From Alphaproteobacteria bacterium (GTDB lineage: Bacteria > Pseudomonadota > Alphaproteobacteria > MPNO01 > UBA830): 64,000 bases of DNA. The position numbers were made by a program, and so were the translations under genes. Below the pieces are notes generated by a model. The model ran no database searches. It saw only the letters and a list, made by a program, of their open reading frames with translations, and was not told the origin of the DNA. Location: NCBI GenBank assembly GCA_964291215.2, contig OZ219791.1, positions 2,656,001 through 2,720,000 of the forward strand, given 5' to 3'. How positions within the stretch are numbered: the first letter of the stretch is position 1; each line of letters starts with the position of its first letter. Shown here piece by piece: positions 10,777 through 20,324 of the stretch.

Positions 10777-11168
10777 GCCCGACTTGCGCGCGGTCGCGGT
10801 GTGCGGGAGGCGCTGCTCGCTTCGCGGTCTCTCTGCCCCGCGCCCCCGGCCGTCTGGCGGACGAAGGCGGGCGTGGTTCGAACCTGAGGGCCGAAACGCT
10901 CCGGCGTTGCGGTCCAGTTCCCGAAACTTATCCGAGATTGTGAACTCCGGATGCATGCGGCGGGGTTCGGGAGCGGCGAATACCCGAAACTTCCTCGCTG
11001 CTCCGCCGCAGGGCGCGAACCGGCGAGGCTGTGCCACGGCATCACCGGCCATCCGCCCTCCAGCTCGGTCCGGAGTCTCCTCTCACACGTCATGCCGCCT
11101 TCCGGTCAACGGTTGATTTGGAAGGTGCGCGTGCCTATCATCTGGCTGTCCAGCAACGGGGGGCTGAT

Positions 11169-12074
11169 ATGCGCGACCTGACTGAACAGAATACAACCGA
11201 AGCGGTTCTGGCTGCTTGGTCAGACAATCCCGATCCGCGCTTCAAGCAGATCGTGGACGCGATGATCCGACATCTTCATGCGTTCGTCCGCGAGGTCCAG
11301 CTCACCGAGGAGGAATGGGCCGCGGCCATCGAATATCTCCACAAGTGCGCCGATATCTCCACGGCCGAACGCAGTGAATTTATCCTTACCTCCGATGTCC
11401 TCGGCGTTTCCTCGCTGGTCGACACCATCAACAATCGACGCCCCGAAGGCGCGACCGAGAATTCCGTCCTTGGCCCGTTCTTCGTTGCCGAAGCCGGTAA
11501 TTTCGGACCGGTGCCGGAGCTCGAGGTGGGCGGAGACCTGATCGGCGAGCGCAACCGGGACGGCGATCCGACCCATGTGTACGGTATCGTCAGGCGGCGG
11601 GACGGTACCCCGATCAAGGGGGCCGAACTCAACTTCTGGCAGAACGGACCGGACGGGCTCTACGACATGCAGGAGCCCGACCGGGGCTATAACTTGCGCT
11701 GCCGGATGTTTACTGGTGCTGACGGGCGCTTCGCCTTCACCACCACGAAGCCGCTGCCCTATACGATCCCGCTCGACGGTCCGGCGGCGGCGATGATGGA
11801 ATACGCGAAGCGCAACGTGTGGCGTCCGGCGCATCTCCATGTCCGCATCGAGGCGCCCGGATATGAGCGTCTGACCACGGAGATCTTCGACGAGCGCGAC
11901 GAGTATCTCGACAATGACGCGGTTTTCGGCGTCAAGAACTCCCTGGTTCTCGACTGGCGCGTCAATGAGTCCCGGAAAGACGCCGAAGGGCTGGGGCTCG
12001 CGGCGCCGTTCCACGAGATCAACTACGACATCGTGCTTGAGCCGGCGGCGGAGGTTTCCCAGGCGGCCGAGTAG
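11169..12074 (+). CDS. Intradiol ring-cleavage dioxygenase (hydroxyquinol/catechol 1,2-dioxygenase-like)
   Basis: LHAFVREVQLT, SDVLGVS, VLGPF, GLYD, PYTIP, RPAHLH Fe-ligand motifs. Confidence 0.9.
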   Translation: MRDLTEQNTTEAVLAAWSDNPDPRFKQIVDAMIRHLHAFVREVQLTEEEWAAAIEYLHKCADISTAERSEFILTSDVLGVSSLVDTINNRRPEGATENSVLGPFFVAEAGNFGPVPELEVGGDLIGERNRDGDPTHVYGIVRRRDGTPIKGAELNFWQNGPDGLYDMQEPDRGYNLRCRMFTGADGRFAFTTTKPLPYTIPLDGPAAAMMEYAKRNVWRPAHLHVRIEAPGYERLTTEIFDERDEYLDNDAVFGVKNSLVLDWRVNESRKDAEGLGLAAPFHEINYDIVLEPAAEVSQAAE

Positions 12075-12094
12075 GGCCGGGCGGGCGCCCGGAC

Positions 12095-12787
12095 ATGCAC
12101 AAGGTGACGATTCGCCGTGAGATCGTCGACCGGGTTCTGGCGCGGCGCGGACGCTACCACCTGTCCGATGCGCTTGAGCCCGCGGCGACGGCCTTTGTCG
12201 TCGTCGACATGCAGAACATGTTCTGCGAGCCCGGGGCGCCGGCCGAGGTCCCGGCGTCGCGCGGCATCTGCGCTGCCGTCAACCGTCTTGCCGACGCCGT
12301 CCGCGAAGCCGGCGGACTCGTGATCTGGATCACGAGCGCCACGACATCCGCCGGCGGTAGGACTGACTGGGAATCATTTATCAGGAACTTCGTGGCTGAG
12401 GATGTGCGCGAGCGCACCGTCGAGGCGTTGCAGCCCGGCGGTCATGGCGAGCAGATCTGGCGCGACCTAGTCGTTCACGAGGATGATCTGCATGTCCGCA
12501 AGAACCGCTATTCGCCGCTGACGCCGGGATCCTCGATCCTGCAGAGCGTGCTCTCCAGCCATGGTGTCAGGCACGTCCTGGTCGGCGGTACGAAGACCAA
12601 CATCTGCTGCGAGAGTACCTGCCGCGATGCCATGATGCTGGATTACTCCGTGATCATGGTCGAGGACTGCAATGCAGCGCTCTCGGACGACGAGCATCGC
12701 TCGGCGCTTGAGAACGTGATCCAGCAGTTCGGCGACGTCATGACGGCAGACGAGGTGATCGTGCGCTTCGCCGCCCGGCGGAACTAG
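12095..12787 (+). CDS. Cysteine hydrolase (isochorismatase family; RutB/NicF-like amidohydrolase)
   Basis: VVDMQN, KNRYS, TNICCEST catalytic D-K-C. Confidence 0.88.
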   Translation: MHKVTIRREIVDRVLARRGRYHLSDALEPAATAFVVVDMQNMFCEPGAPAEVPASRGICAAVNRLADAVREAGGLVIWITSATTSAGGRTDWESFIRNFVAEDVRERTVEALQPGGHGEQIWRDLVVHEDDLHVRKNRYSPLTPGSSILQSVLSSHGVRHVLVGGTKTNICCESTCRDAMMLDYSVIMVEDCNAALSDDEHRSALENVIQQFGDVMTADEVIVRFAARRN

Positions 12788-12792
12788 CCGGC

Positions 12793-13272
12793 ATGGTTGT
12801 GGTGGACGAAATCCGGGATCTGGAGGCGTTTCTTTTCGAGGAGGCCAGGATGCTGGACGAGCGGCGCTTCGAGGACTGGCTGGCGCTGTTTGCCGATGAC
12901 GGTGTCTACTGGATTCCGGCAACACCGGACCAAATCGATCCGGTGAACCAGGCGTCGATCGCCTACGAGGGGCGGCAGCTTCTGGAGGTGCGGGTACGCC
13001 GGCTGCGCCATCCCGCGAACTACGCGGATCAACCACCTGTGCGGACACGGCGCGTGATCGGCAACGTGACGGTCGAGCGGCATACGGACGAAGGCGTGAC
13101 GGTGTGCTCCAATTTCACGCTTGTGGATTTTCAGGCGGATGTCCAGCGGCTGTTTGCCGGCGACTATGTCCATACGCTCAGACATGACGAGGAACGTCTC
13201 AAGATTGCCTGCAAGCGGGTCAACCTGCTCAACTGCGACGCGCCGATGGGGCCGATCGTCATTCCCTTCTGA
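12793..13272 (+). CDS. Aromatic ring-hydroxylating dioxygenase beta subunit
   Basis: FLFEEARMLDERRFEDWLALF, YWIP, KRVNLLNCD. Confidence 0.9.
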   Translation: MVVVDEIRDLEAFLFEEARMLDERRFEDWLALFADDGVYWIPATPDQIDPVNQASIAYEGRQLLEVRVRRLRHPANYADQPPVRTRRVIGNVTVERHTDEGVTVCSNFTLVDFQADVQRLFAGDYVHTLRHDEERLKIACKRVNLLNCDAPMGPIVIPF

Positions 13273-13274
13273 GG

Positions 13275-14012
13275 ATGGAGCTGGAGATGGCGGATGTCGC
13301 GGCGGTAATCATCGGGGCAGGAGACGCGCTCGGCGGGGCGATAGCACGGCGTTTCGCACGCGAAGGGCTGGTGGCGGTGCCGGCGCGGCGCAAGGTGGAG
13401 GCGCTCGACGGGCTGGTCGCCGGGATCCGGAGCGCAGGCGGTCGTGCGGAAGGCGTCGCCTGCGACGCCCGCGACGAGGAATCGGTCAGCGCCCTGTTCG
13501 GCCGGGTCGAGCGCGAGATCGCGCCCGTCGGGGTTTGCGTCTTCAATGTCGGCGCCCAGCATCACAGTCCGATCCTTGAGATGACGACGCGGATCTACCG
13601 CCAAGTATGGGAGAGCGCGACCTTTGCAGGATTCGTTGCTGGCCGCGAGGCAGCTCGCAGGATGGTTCCGCGCGGTTCGGGAACGATCATCTTCACCGGA
13701 GCGACGGCCAGCATCCGCGGCGGCGCAGGCTTTGCGTCGTTCGCCTCCGCCAAGCATGCCCTGCGCGCGCTGGCCCAGTCGATGGCGCGCGAACTCGGGC
13801 CACGGGGCATCCATGTCGGTCACATCATCGTCGACGGCATGATCGATTCCGAGGCCGTGCGCCAGAAATTCCCCGAGGCAGTCGCGGCGCTGCCCGAGGG
13901 CGGCATGCTCAATCCAGACCACATCGCCGACGCGTACTGGAATTTCCACGCTCAGCCTGCGGATGCCTGGGCGTTCGAGATGGATCTGCGTCCGGCGCCA
14001 GAACGGTGGTAG
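13275..14012 (+). CDS. SDR family oxidoreductase
   Basis: GAGDALGG, FTGATAS, ALAQSMARELGP, EMDLRP. Confidence 0.9.
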   Translation: MELEMADVAAVIIGAGDALGGAIARRFAREGLVAVPARRKVEALDGLVAGIRSAGGRAEGVACDARDEESVSALFGRVEREIAPVGVCVFNVGAQHHSPILEMTTRIYRQVWESATFAGFVAGREAARRMVPRGSGTIIFTGATASIRGGAGFASFASAKHALRALAQSMARELGPRGIHVGHIIVDGMIDSEAVRQKFPEAVAALPEGGMLNPDHIADAYWNFHAQPADAWAFEMDLRPAPERW

Positions 14013-14127
14013 AACCCTGCCGGGGCGCCGCGACCGCGTCCATGCGTCTTCGGAGCGCACGGGCCGGGCTCGCGGCGGGCGAAGTTCCCGTACGGCCGCA
14101 CAACGCAGTGTTATCGGGAGAGGTGCC

Positions 14128-14583
14128 ATGATCGAGACGAAGGGAATTGTACACTTTACGATATCGGTGACGGATCCCGACAGGAGCGAGGCGTTCTACA
14201 GCAACGTTCTGGGCCTCGAGACCGTGCAGAAGGTTCCGGCGATCGGCATGGTGTTCATGCGCACCGGCAGCGACTTCGTGATCCTGACCAGAAGCAAGAC
14301 GCCGATCGATCCCAATCCGGGCGACGAGTTCATGGTGCACCACGCCTTCCGGGTTGATGTGGACCGCTACGAGGACGCCAAGCAGCACCTCGCCGATTGT
14401 GGCGTCGAGATCATCTTCGAGGAAGAGCGCCACGAAGGCGTCTTCCACGGCCGGCAATGCTATTTTCATGATCCGGACCGCAACGTGCTTGAGATCATCG
14501 GCCTGGAGAAGATCGGCGATGGCTTTGGCGCGTCGGCCCTGTCCGACGATTTTTCGCCGTTTTCCCAACCCTCCGGTACGTGA
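14128..14583 (+). CDS. VOC/glyoxalase family protein
   Basis: GIVHFTISV, FYSNVLGL, HHAF, YFHDPDRNVLE; RBS GAGAGG. Confidence 0.88.
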   Translation: MIETKGIVHFTISVTDPDRSEAFYSNVLGLETVQKVPAIGMVFMRTGSDFVILTRSKTPIDPNPGDEFMVHHAFRVDVDRYEDAKQHLADCGVEIIFEEERHEGVFHGRQCYFHDPDRNVLEIIGLEKIGDGFGASALSDDFSPFSQPSGT

Positions 14584-14624
14584 ACGCGGCAGCGGAATGG
14601 GTAGGCGTGCCGCCTCGGTCCGGG

Positions 14625-15044
14625 TCAGCTCAGCAACCGTCTGCGGATCTCTTCCGGAAACTCGACGGCGCGAATGCCAGAATGAGAGTCCGGATCCTCC
14701 CGGACCATGACACGCCTCTCGAAGCCCTCCGCGGCGGGGGTGCCGTCTGCGTGTTCGATCCGGTGGCGCATGACAAAGGTCCTGCCGGATATCTCGTCGA
14801 GCCCGGAGGTTACCCGGACCAGGGTTCCGAGCCTGCAGGCGGCCTTGTAACTTGCGCCGGTTTCGACAAGCGGCATGCCCGAGATTCCGAAATGCTGGGC
14901 AAGTTCCGGGTAGGACAGGCGGTGTTCGGTGAACAACCGTTCGGTCCCCTGATCGAACCAGGTGTAGTAGTGCGGGTAGAACACGATGCCCGCCGCATCG
15001 CAGTGCGCCCATTCTATCCTGAATTCGCTGGTGAACTGTGTCAC
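14625..15044 (-). CDS. 4-HBT/YbgC-like acyl-CoA thioesterase
   Basis: WAHCDAAGIVFYPHY hotdog motif. Confidence 0.9.
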   Translation of the reverse strand: MTQFTSEFRIEWAHCDAAGIVFYPHYYTWFDQGTERLFTEHRLSYPELAQHFGISGMPLVETGASYKAACRLGTLVRVTSGLDEISGRTFVMRHRIEHADGTPAAEGFERRVMVREDPDSHSGIRAVEFPEEIRRRLLS

Positions 15045-15166
15045 TGGTTTCCTCGCCGGGACAGGGATGGCGCACCGCCGCCGGGAGTTATAGGCGATAG
15101 CGGGGCGGTTGTCGCCCGCTCGCGGTGCGCCGCGCCGGCATGCCTCACCGCCGGCCGCCGCTCTCC

Positions 15167-15994
15167 TCAGATCTTCGCGAGCAGCCGGTCGCGCATGCTC
15201 GAGGGCAGCATGATACGGAGTGCGCGCGCAATATGGGTGACCCTGGTGACGTAATACCGCGCCTTCGGATTCGGGCTCTCGAGTGCGTGAATGAGTTTCC
15301 TGGTGACGGCCTCCGGGCCCATCTCGCCAGGATCCGGACCCGGATTCTCGGCGTAGAGGCGGGGTTCGAGGACTGTCTCGTACGTCTCCCGCCAGGCGCT
15401 GCTGTCCCTGTCGATCCAGCGTTCGTACGGCGCCCGCGCCTTCTCGCGGATAAGCGTACGAATCGGTCCGGGCTCTACAAGGATGATCTTGATCGGGGTT
15501 CCATGGAGTTCGAGGCGCAGGGTATCGGTCAGCCCCTCCATTGCATGCTTGGTTGCGGTATATGCGCCGCGGAAGCGGAGATAGGCGAAGCCGAGGACCG
15601 ACGAGCAGTTGACGATCCGCCCCTGCTGTCGTCGCCTCATGGCACGCAATGCCTGGCGTGCGACCTCGTGCGGGCCGAACAGATTGGTCTGGAAGCTGGC
15701 CTGCAGGGCCTCGATACCGAGATCTTCGGCCGCGCCCGGCTGCGCGTAGGCACCGTTGTTGAATACGGCATCAAGTGCGCCATCGCAGCGGGATAACGCC
15801 TCTGCCATTGCCGTATCGATCGAGGCCGGGTCGGCATAGTCGAGACGAAAGCTCTCCAGCCCCCGTTCCTGCAAGGTTCGGCAGTCCTCCTGGCGACGGC
15901 AGGTCGCGAATACCCGCCAGCCGCGGTAATACAGGGTGTCCGCCGCGTCGAGGCCGATACCCGACGAACAGCCGGTGATCAGGATGGTCTTCAC
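15167..15994 (-). CDS. SDR family oxidoreductase (YbbO-like)
   Basis: TGCSSGIG, SSVLG, YTATK, LRLEL, EPGPI. Confidence 0.92.
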   Translation of the reverse strand: MKTILITGCSSGIGLDAADTLYYRGWRVFATCRRQEDCRTLQERGLESFRLDYADPASIDTAMAEALSRCDGALDAVFNNGAYAQPGAAEDLGIEALQASFQTNLFGPHEVARQALRAMRRRQQGRIVNCSSVLGFAYLRFRGAYTATKHAMEGLTDTLRLELHGTPIKIILVEPGPIRTLIREKARAPYERWIDRDSSAWRETYETVLEPRLYAENPGPDPGEMGPEAVTRKLIHALESPNPKARYYVTRVTHIARALRIMLPSSMRDRLLAKI

Positions 15995-16075
15995 GCGGGC
16001 CTTTCCATGGACAGGGTCTGGAGCGGCAGGCGGGCCGCGCCGGCGCCGGGCCGCTGTTCCGCGACGCCGAAACTG

Positions 16076-16819
16076 TCAGGCGGCCATCGCTGGCGGCAGG
16101 ATCCGGTCTTCCTTCAGGACATGCTCGCGATAGACTTCAGTGATCGATTCCCAGCGCAACATGCAGGCTTCTTCGCAGATCCTGACCGCACGATCGAGTT
16201 CTTCCTGTGTGGTGAGGTATTTCTCGCACAGTTCCATCTGTCGGTCGCTGTGTTCCTCATCGGCTTCGGCGTGTTCGACAAAGAAGGCGATCTCCTTCGA
16301 CTCCCTGGTGAAGCCGTAATGCTTGATGAAGGACGGTATCGTGACTTCCTTGTTGAGTTTCGGTTGCTGTCCTTCTTGGGTCGATTGCATGGCGAGTACC
16401 ACGCCAAGCGATTCGTCGCGGACCACCTGGGCATAATGGAGCCGTCGCGCATGCCATGCAGGGCCGATGGCGAAATTCCGCACGTCTTCATCCGAGAACC
16501 CTGCCGAGTTGCAGAAGTCGAAGATCATCCGATTGTGGTCGTGAGGTTCGTGGCCGGGCCTTGGAATGGCGACCAGCCCTGTCTCTTCGGCGAGGTTCTC
16601 GATCACGGAATGCCTCACGTCTTCGGGCGCCTTCCAGAGGAGAAATCCGAAGGATGGCAGCGCAAGCTCGACGAACTTGTAGTGTCCCGCCATGTATATC
16701 CCGAGCGCACGCAACTCCAGTGATCCGTCCAGCATCTTCTGGAAGAACGGGTGATTCTTGGTGTGCCACTTGTCGCGGATCGCGGTGATTTCCTTGCCAG
16801 CGCCGGTAGCTGTTCCCAT
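16076..16819 (-). CDS. CADD/PqqC/TenA-like heme-oxygenase-fold diiron protein
   Basis: HPFF, ENLAEE...H, FFVEHAEADEEH diiron motifs; RBS AGGAG before ATG 16819. Confidence 0.85.
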   Translation of the reverse strand: MGTATGAGKEITAIRDKWHTKNHPFFQKMLDGSLELRALGIYMAGHYKFVELALPSFGFLLWKAPEDVRHSVIENLAEETGLVAIPRPGHEPHDHNRMIFDFCNSAGFSDEDVRNFAIGPAWHARRLHYAQVVRDESLGVVLAMQSTQEGQQPKLNKEVTIPSFIKHYGFTRESKEIAFFVEHAEADEEHSDRQMELCEKYLTTQEELDRAVRICEEACMLRWESITEVYREHVLKEDRILPPAMAA

Positions 16820-17201
16820 CACTTTCTCCTTGGGTATATTGCGCCCGCGCAACGGGCCGTATTGCGACGATTGGTCGCTCGGCACCATCCCGTGCCTGTC
16901 CGTCCGGTTGGCCGCTGCCACTATAGGAAAGGGATTCTGACGACGCAATGCGCGGGATAACTGGCCGGGCGCGAACATCCGCGTGAGCAGAAAGTCGGAT
17001 TGCGGTAGCTGAAACCCTGCTCGTCGGGTCTTGTCGTGATCCGATCTGCTGCCGGCGTCCTGTCCCTGGCTGCTGTGATTTCCGGAACCGGTGCCCCCTC
17101 GGTGCGGGCCGGGAGGTGCTCCCGCTACCGCTCCGCGACGTTGCTGCTGGACGCGACGACGCGGCGGACGTTTCCGACGTGTGCGTGGTGTGTTGTGCGC
17201 A

Positions 17202-17851
17202 GGTACTGTAACTTGATGTCTGGAAATTTGTCTGAGGTTTGCGCTTTGAGGCGTTTCACTGGGGGGCTAGCCCCCCAGTGAAACGCGGCGCCATCGTGCT
17301 ATCCCATGGGGTTGGAAAACCTTCATGGAGGAAGCGAATGGACCTGCGACACACTACGACGATCGGGACTGTTTTGGAACATCTGATCGCAAACGGAGCA
17401 ACGGATCTGGGGCGGGTCTTTGGCCAGCTCTTCGAGCTTGCGATGCAAATCGAGCGCGAGCAGTACTTGAAAGCGGGCCACCGGACGCCGGAGCGACAGG
17501 GCTATGCCAACGGCTACAAACGGATCGACACCCCTGTCGGGACTGTTACCGTTCAGGTGCCAAAGACGGCCGGTCACGGGGACGACCCCCCCAGTCGCTT
17601 GAACGCGGCCAGCGATCTTCTCGCGCCGTAGCCGAGATGTACATCAAGGGTGTTTCCACGCGGCAGGATGTAATGCGCGAGTTCGGGAGCCTGTCCTCTT
17701 CTCAGGTCAGCCGGGCCACCAGGTTGCTCGATGAAGAACTCACCGCCTGGCGCAACCGGCCCCTGATGAAATACCTGATCCTGGATGCGCGCTACGAAAA
17801 AGCCCGCCATGACGGCGTTGTGCGCGATGTTGCAGTGCTCTCTCCCTCGGC
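17202..17851 (+). mobile_element. IS256-family element, 5' partial copy (decayed)
   Basis: GYANGYK, AEMYIKGVSTR, SLSSSQVS, LDARYEK; near-identical to the copy starting 650 bp downstream. Confidence 0.85.
17251..17286. repeat. Perfect 36-bp palindrome in IS256 left end (second copy at 17901-17936)
   Basis: GCGTTTCACTGGGGGG-CTAG-CCCCCCAGTGAAACGC. Confidence 0.95.
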
Positions 17852-19068
17852 GGTACTGTAACTTGATGTCTGGAAATTTGTCTGAGGTTTGCGCTTTGAG
17901 GCGTTTCACTGGGGGGCTAGCCCCCCAGTGAAACGCGGCGCCATCGTGCTATCCCATGGAGCTGTAAACCTTCATGGAGGAAGCGAATGGACCTGCGACA
18001 CACTACGACGATCGAGGCCGTTTTGGAACATCTGATCGCAAACGGAGCAACGGATCCGGGGCGGGTCTTTGGCCAGCTCTTCGAGCTTGCGATGCAAATC
18101 GAGCGCGAGCAGCACTTGAAAGCGGGCCACCGGACACCGGAACGACAGGGCTATGCCAACGGCTACAAGCGGATCGACACCCCCACTGTTACCGTTCAGG
18201 TACCAAAGACGGCCGGTCACGGGGACGACCCCCCAGTCGCTTGAACGCGGCCAGCGATCTTCTCGCGCCGTAGCCGAGATGTACATCAAGGGTGTTTCCA
18301 CACGGCAGGATGTAATGCGCGAGTTCGGGAGCCTGTCCTCTTCTCAGGTCAGCCGGGCCACCAGGTTGCTCGACGAAGAACTCGCCGCGCAACCGGCCCC
18401 TGATGAAATACCTGGATGCGCGTTATGGAAAAGCCCGCCATGACGGCGTTGTGCGCGATGTTGCAGTGCTCTCGGCCATCGGAACAGGGGCTGCAGGCGC
18501 GTTCCGGGGCTCTCTGTGGCGCTCTCCGAGGCCGAGGTCCATTGGAGGGCCTTTCTGGAAAGCTTGCAAGCCCGTGGCCTGCATGGTACGACCTTCATCG
18601 TCTCGGATGCCGGGCTGAAAGCGGCGCGGTGCCAGCGCTGCCAATTCCACCTGGCACAAAACGCCGTGCACCGAACAACGACATCAGGAAACGTATCGGA
18701 AAACAGCTCGGAGCCATGCGTCCTCACTCCAAACCGCCGAGGCTGAACCGGGCGCCCTCGTGGCCAGCTATCGCGACAAGCGTCCAGGTTTCCTGGCTGG
18801 AAAACAATGCGGGGCTCGCTGTCTTCACCTTGCCCGATGCTTACCGCAAACGTATGTGAACCTCGAACGGCATCGAGCGACCGATCCAGCAAGAACTCAA
18901 GCGGCGCACCTCCAAAGTCAGGGTCTTTCCGAACCTCGCCTCGTTGGAGCGCCTCTCAACCGCGGTCCTCATCGACGAAAAATGGGAAACCGAAACCAAG
19001 ATCAAATGGGAACAGCTCGATGACTGACAGCTTCACGACAATTTCCAGACAATCAGGTTGCGTAATCC
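17852..19068 (+). mobile_element. IS256-family element with decayed transposase
   Basis: TIRs GGTACTGTAACTTGATGTCTGGAAATT / AATTTCCAGACAATCAGGTTGCGTAATCC; motifs EAEVHWRAFL, SDAGLK, QRCQFH, ERPIQQELKRR; many frameshifts. Confidence 0.88.
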
Positions 19069-19115
19069 TGCCGGGCGGACCAACAACCCAACCGGCGAAC
19101 GAAGAAAGGCAAGGC

Positions 19116-20324
19116 ATGATGATGATCCGGCGCATACTCTTGGCTCTTGCCCTGGTCCTGCAACTCTCGCCTGCCGTTGCGCAGCAGCCGGACAGTGCCG
19201 CGCAGGTCGACGCCCTTCGTGCGCGCGCCGAGCAGGGTCATGCTGACGCACAGGGCCAACTCGGCTTTTTTTACCAGTTTGGCGTGGGCGTGCCGCAGGA
19301 CTATGCAGAGGCCGTCCGGTGGTATCGCAAGGCGGCGGAGCAGGGTGACGCTAATGCACAGGGCATTCTCGGCGGTATGTACCGCCTAGGCCGGGGCGTG
19401 CCGCGGGACGATGCGGAGGCCGCCCGATGGTATCGCAAGCTGGCGGAGCAGGGTGACGCCAAGGTACAGAACATTCTCGGCATCATGTACGCCGAAGGCC
19501 AAGGTGTACCGCAGGACGATGCGGAGGCTGTCCGGTGGTTTCGCAAGGCGGCGGAGCAGGGGTACGCCCGGGCACAGAACATTCTCGGCGTCATGTACTC
19601 CGAAGGCCGAGGCGTGCCGCAGGACTATGCGGAGGCCGTCCGGTGGTTTCGCAAGGCTGCGGAGCAGGGTAACGCCGATGCACAGAACATTCTCGGCATC
19701 ATGTACGCCGAAGGCCAAGACGTACCGCAGGACTATGCGGAGGCTGTCCGGTGGTTTCGCAAGGCCGCCGAGCAGGGTGACAACTGGGCACAGCACTTTC
19801 TCGGCGTCATGTACTCCGAAGGCCGAGGCGTGCCGCAGGACTATGCGGAGGCCGTCCGGTGGTATCGCAAGGCCGCCGAGCAGGGTGACAACAGGGCACA
19901 GTACAGTCTCGGCCGCATGCATGAATTCGGGCGGGGCGTCGCCCGCGATCCGGTACGGGCACACATGTGGTACAATCTCGCTGGCGCCAAAGCCTCTGGC
20001 AAAGCTGTCCGGGAACCTGCCGTAGACGGTCGGAACCGGGTGGCGCAGCGATTGACGGCGGCGCAACTTCGCGAGGCGCAACGGCTGGCGCGGGCGTGGC
20101 GGCCGGGTAGGGACGAGGGCCTGCTGGCGGAGCGGCGGGAGCGGGTCGAGTCGGTGCAACTCGCCCTTGCCCGGCTTGGCTACGACCCCGGCCCGGCCGA
20201 CGGGATAGCCGGACCCAAAACTCGCGCTGCAATCCGTGCCTTTCAGGCCGCGGCCGGCCTGCCGGTCGACGGAAAACTGTCCGAGGCATTGCGCAAGGCG
20301 CTCCGGTCCGTGTCCGTTAATTGA
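19116..20324 (+). CDS. Secreted Sel1-like repeat protein with C-terminal peptidoglycan-binding domain
   Basis: Signal peptide; seven 36-aa SLR units (AQ..LG.MY..G.GVPQD..EA.RW.RKAAEQG); PG_binding_1 motif (LGYDPGPADG..GPKTRAAIRAFQ). Confidence 0.92.
   Translation: MMMIRRILLALALVLQLSPAVAQQPDSAAQVDALRARAEQGHADAQGQLGFFYQFGVGVPQDYAEAVRWYRKAAEQGDANAQGILGGMYRLGRGVPRDDAEAARWYRKLAEQGDAKVQNILGIMYAEGQGVPQDDAEAVRWFRKAAEQGYARAQNILGVMYSEGRGVPQDYAEAVRWFRKAAEQGNADAQNILGIMYAEGQDVPQDYAEAVRWFRKAAEQGDNWAQHFLGVMYSEGRGVPQDYAEAVRWYRKAAEQGDNRAQYSLGRMHEFGRGVARDPVRAHMWYNLAGAKASGKAVREPAVDGRNRVAQRLTAAQLREAQRLARAWRPGRDEGLLAERRERVESVQLALARLGYDPGPADGIAGPKTRAAIRAFQAAAGLPVDGKLSEALRKALRSVSVN
19242..19997 (+). repeat. 108-bp tandem coding repeats (SLR units)
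   Basis: Recurrent GTGCCGCAGGACTATGCGGAGGCCGTCCGGTGGT-like sequence at 108-bp spacing. Confidence 0.9.

Noticed and set aside
18807-19115. N-terminal extension of the Sel1 protein
   Set aside because: Runs through the IS256 right end; the signal peptide begins near 19116
19242-19997. Regularly spaced repeats suggesting a CRISPR array
   Set aside because: 108-bp in-frame coding Sel1 repeats without unique spacers; no cas genes in the window
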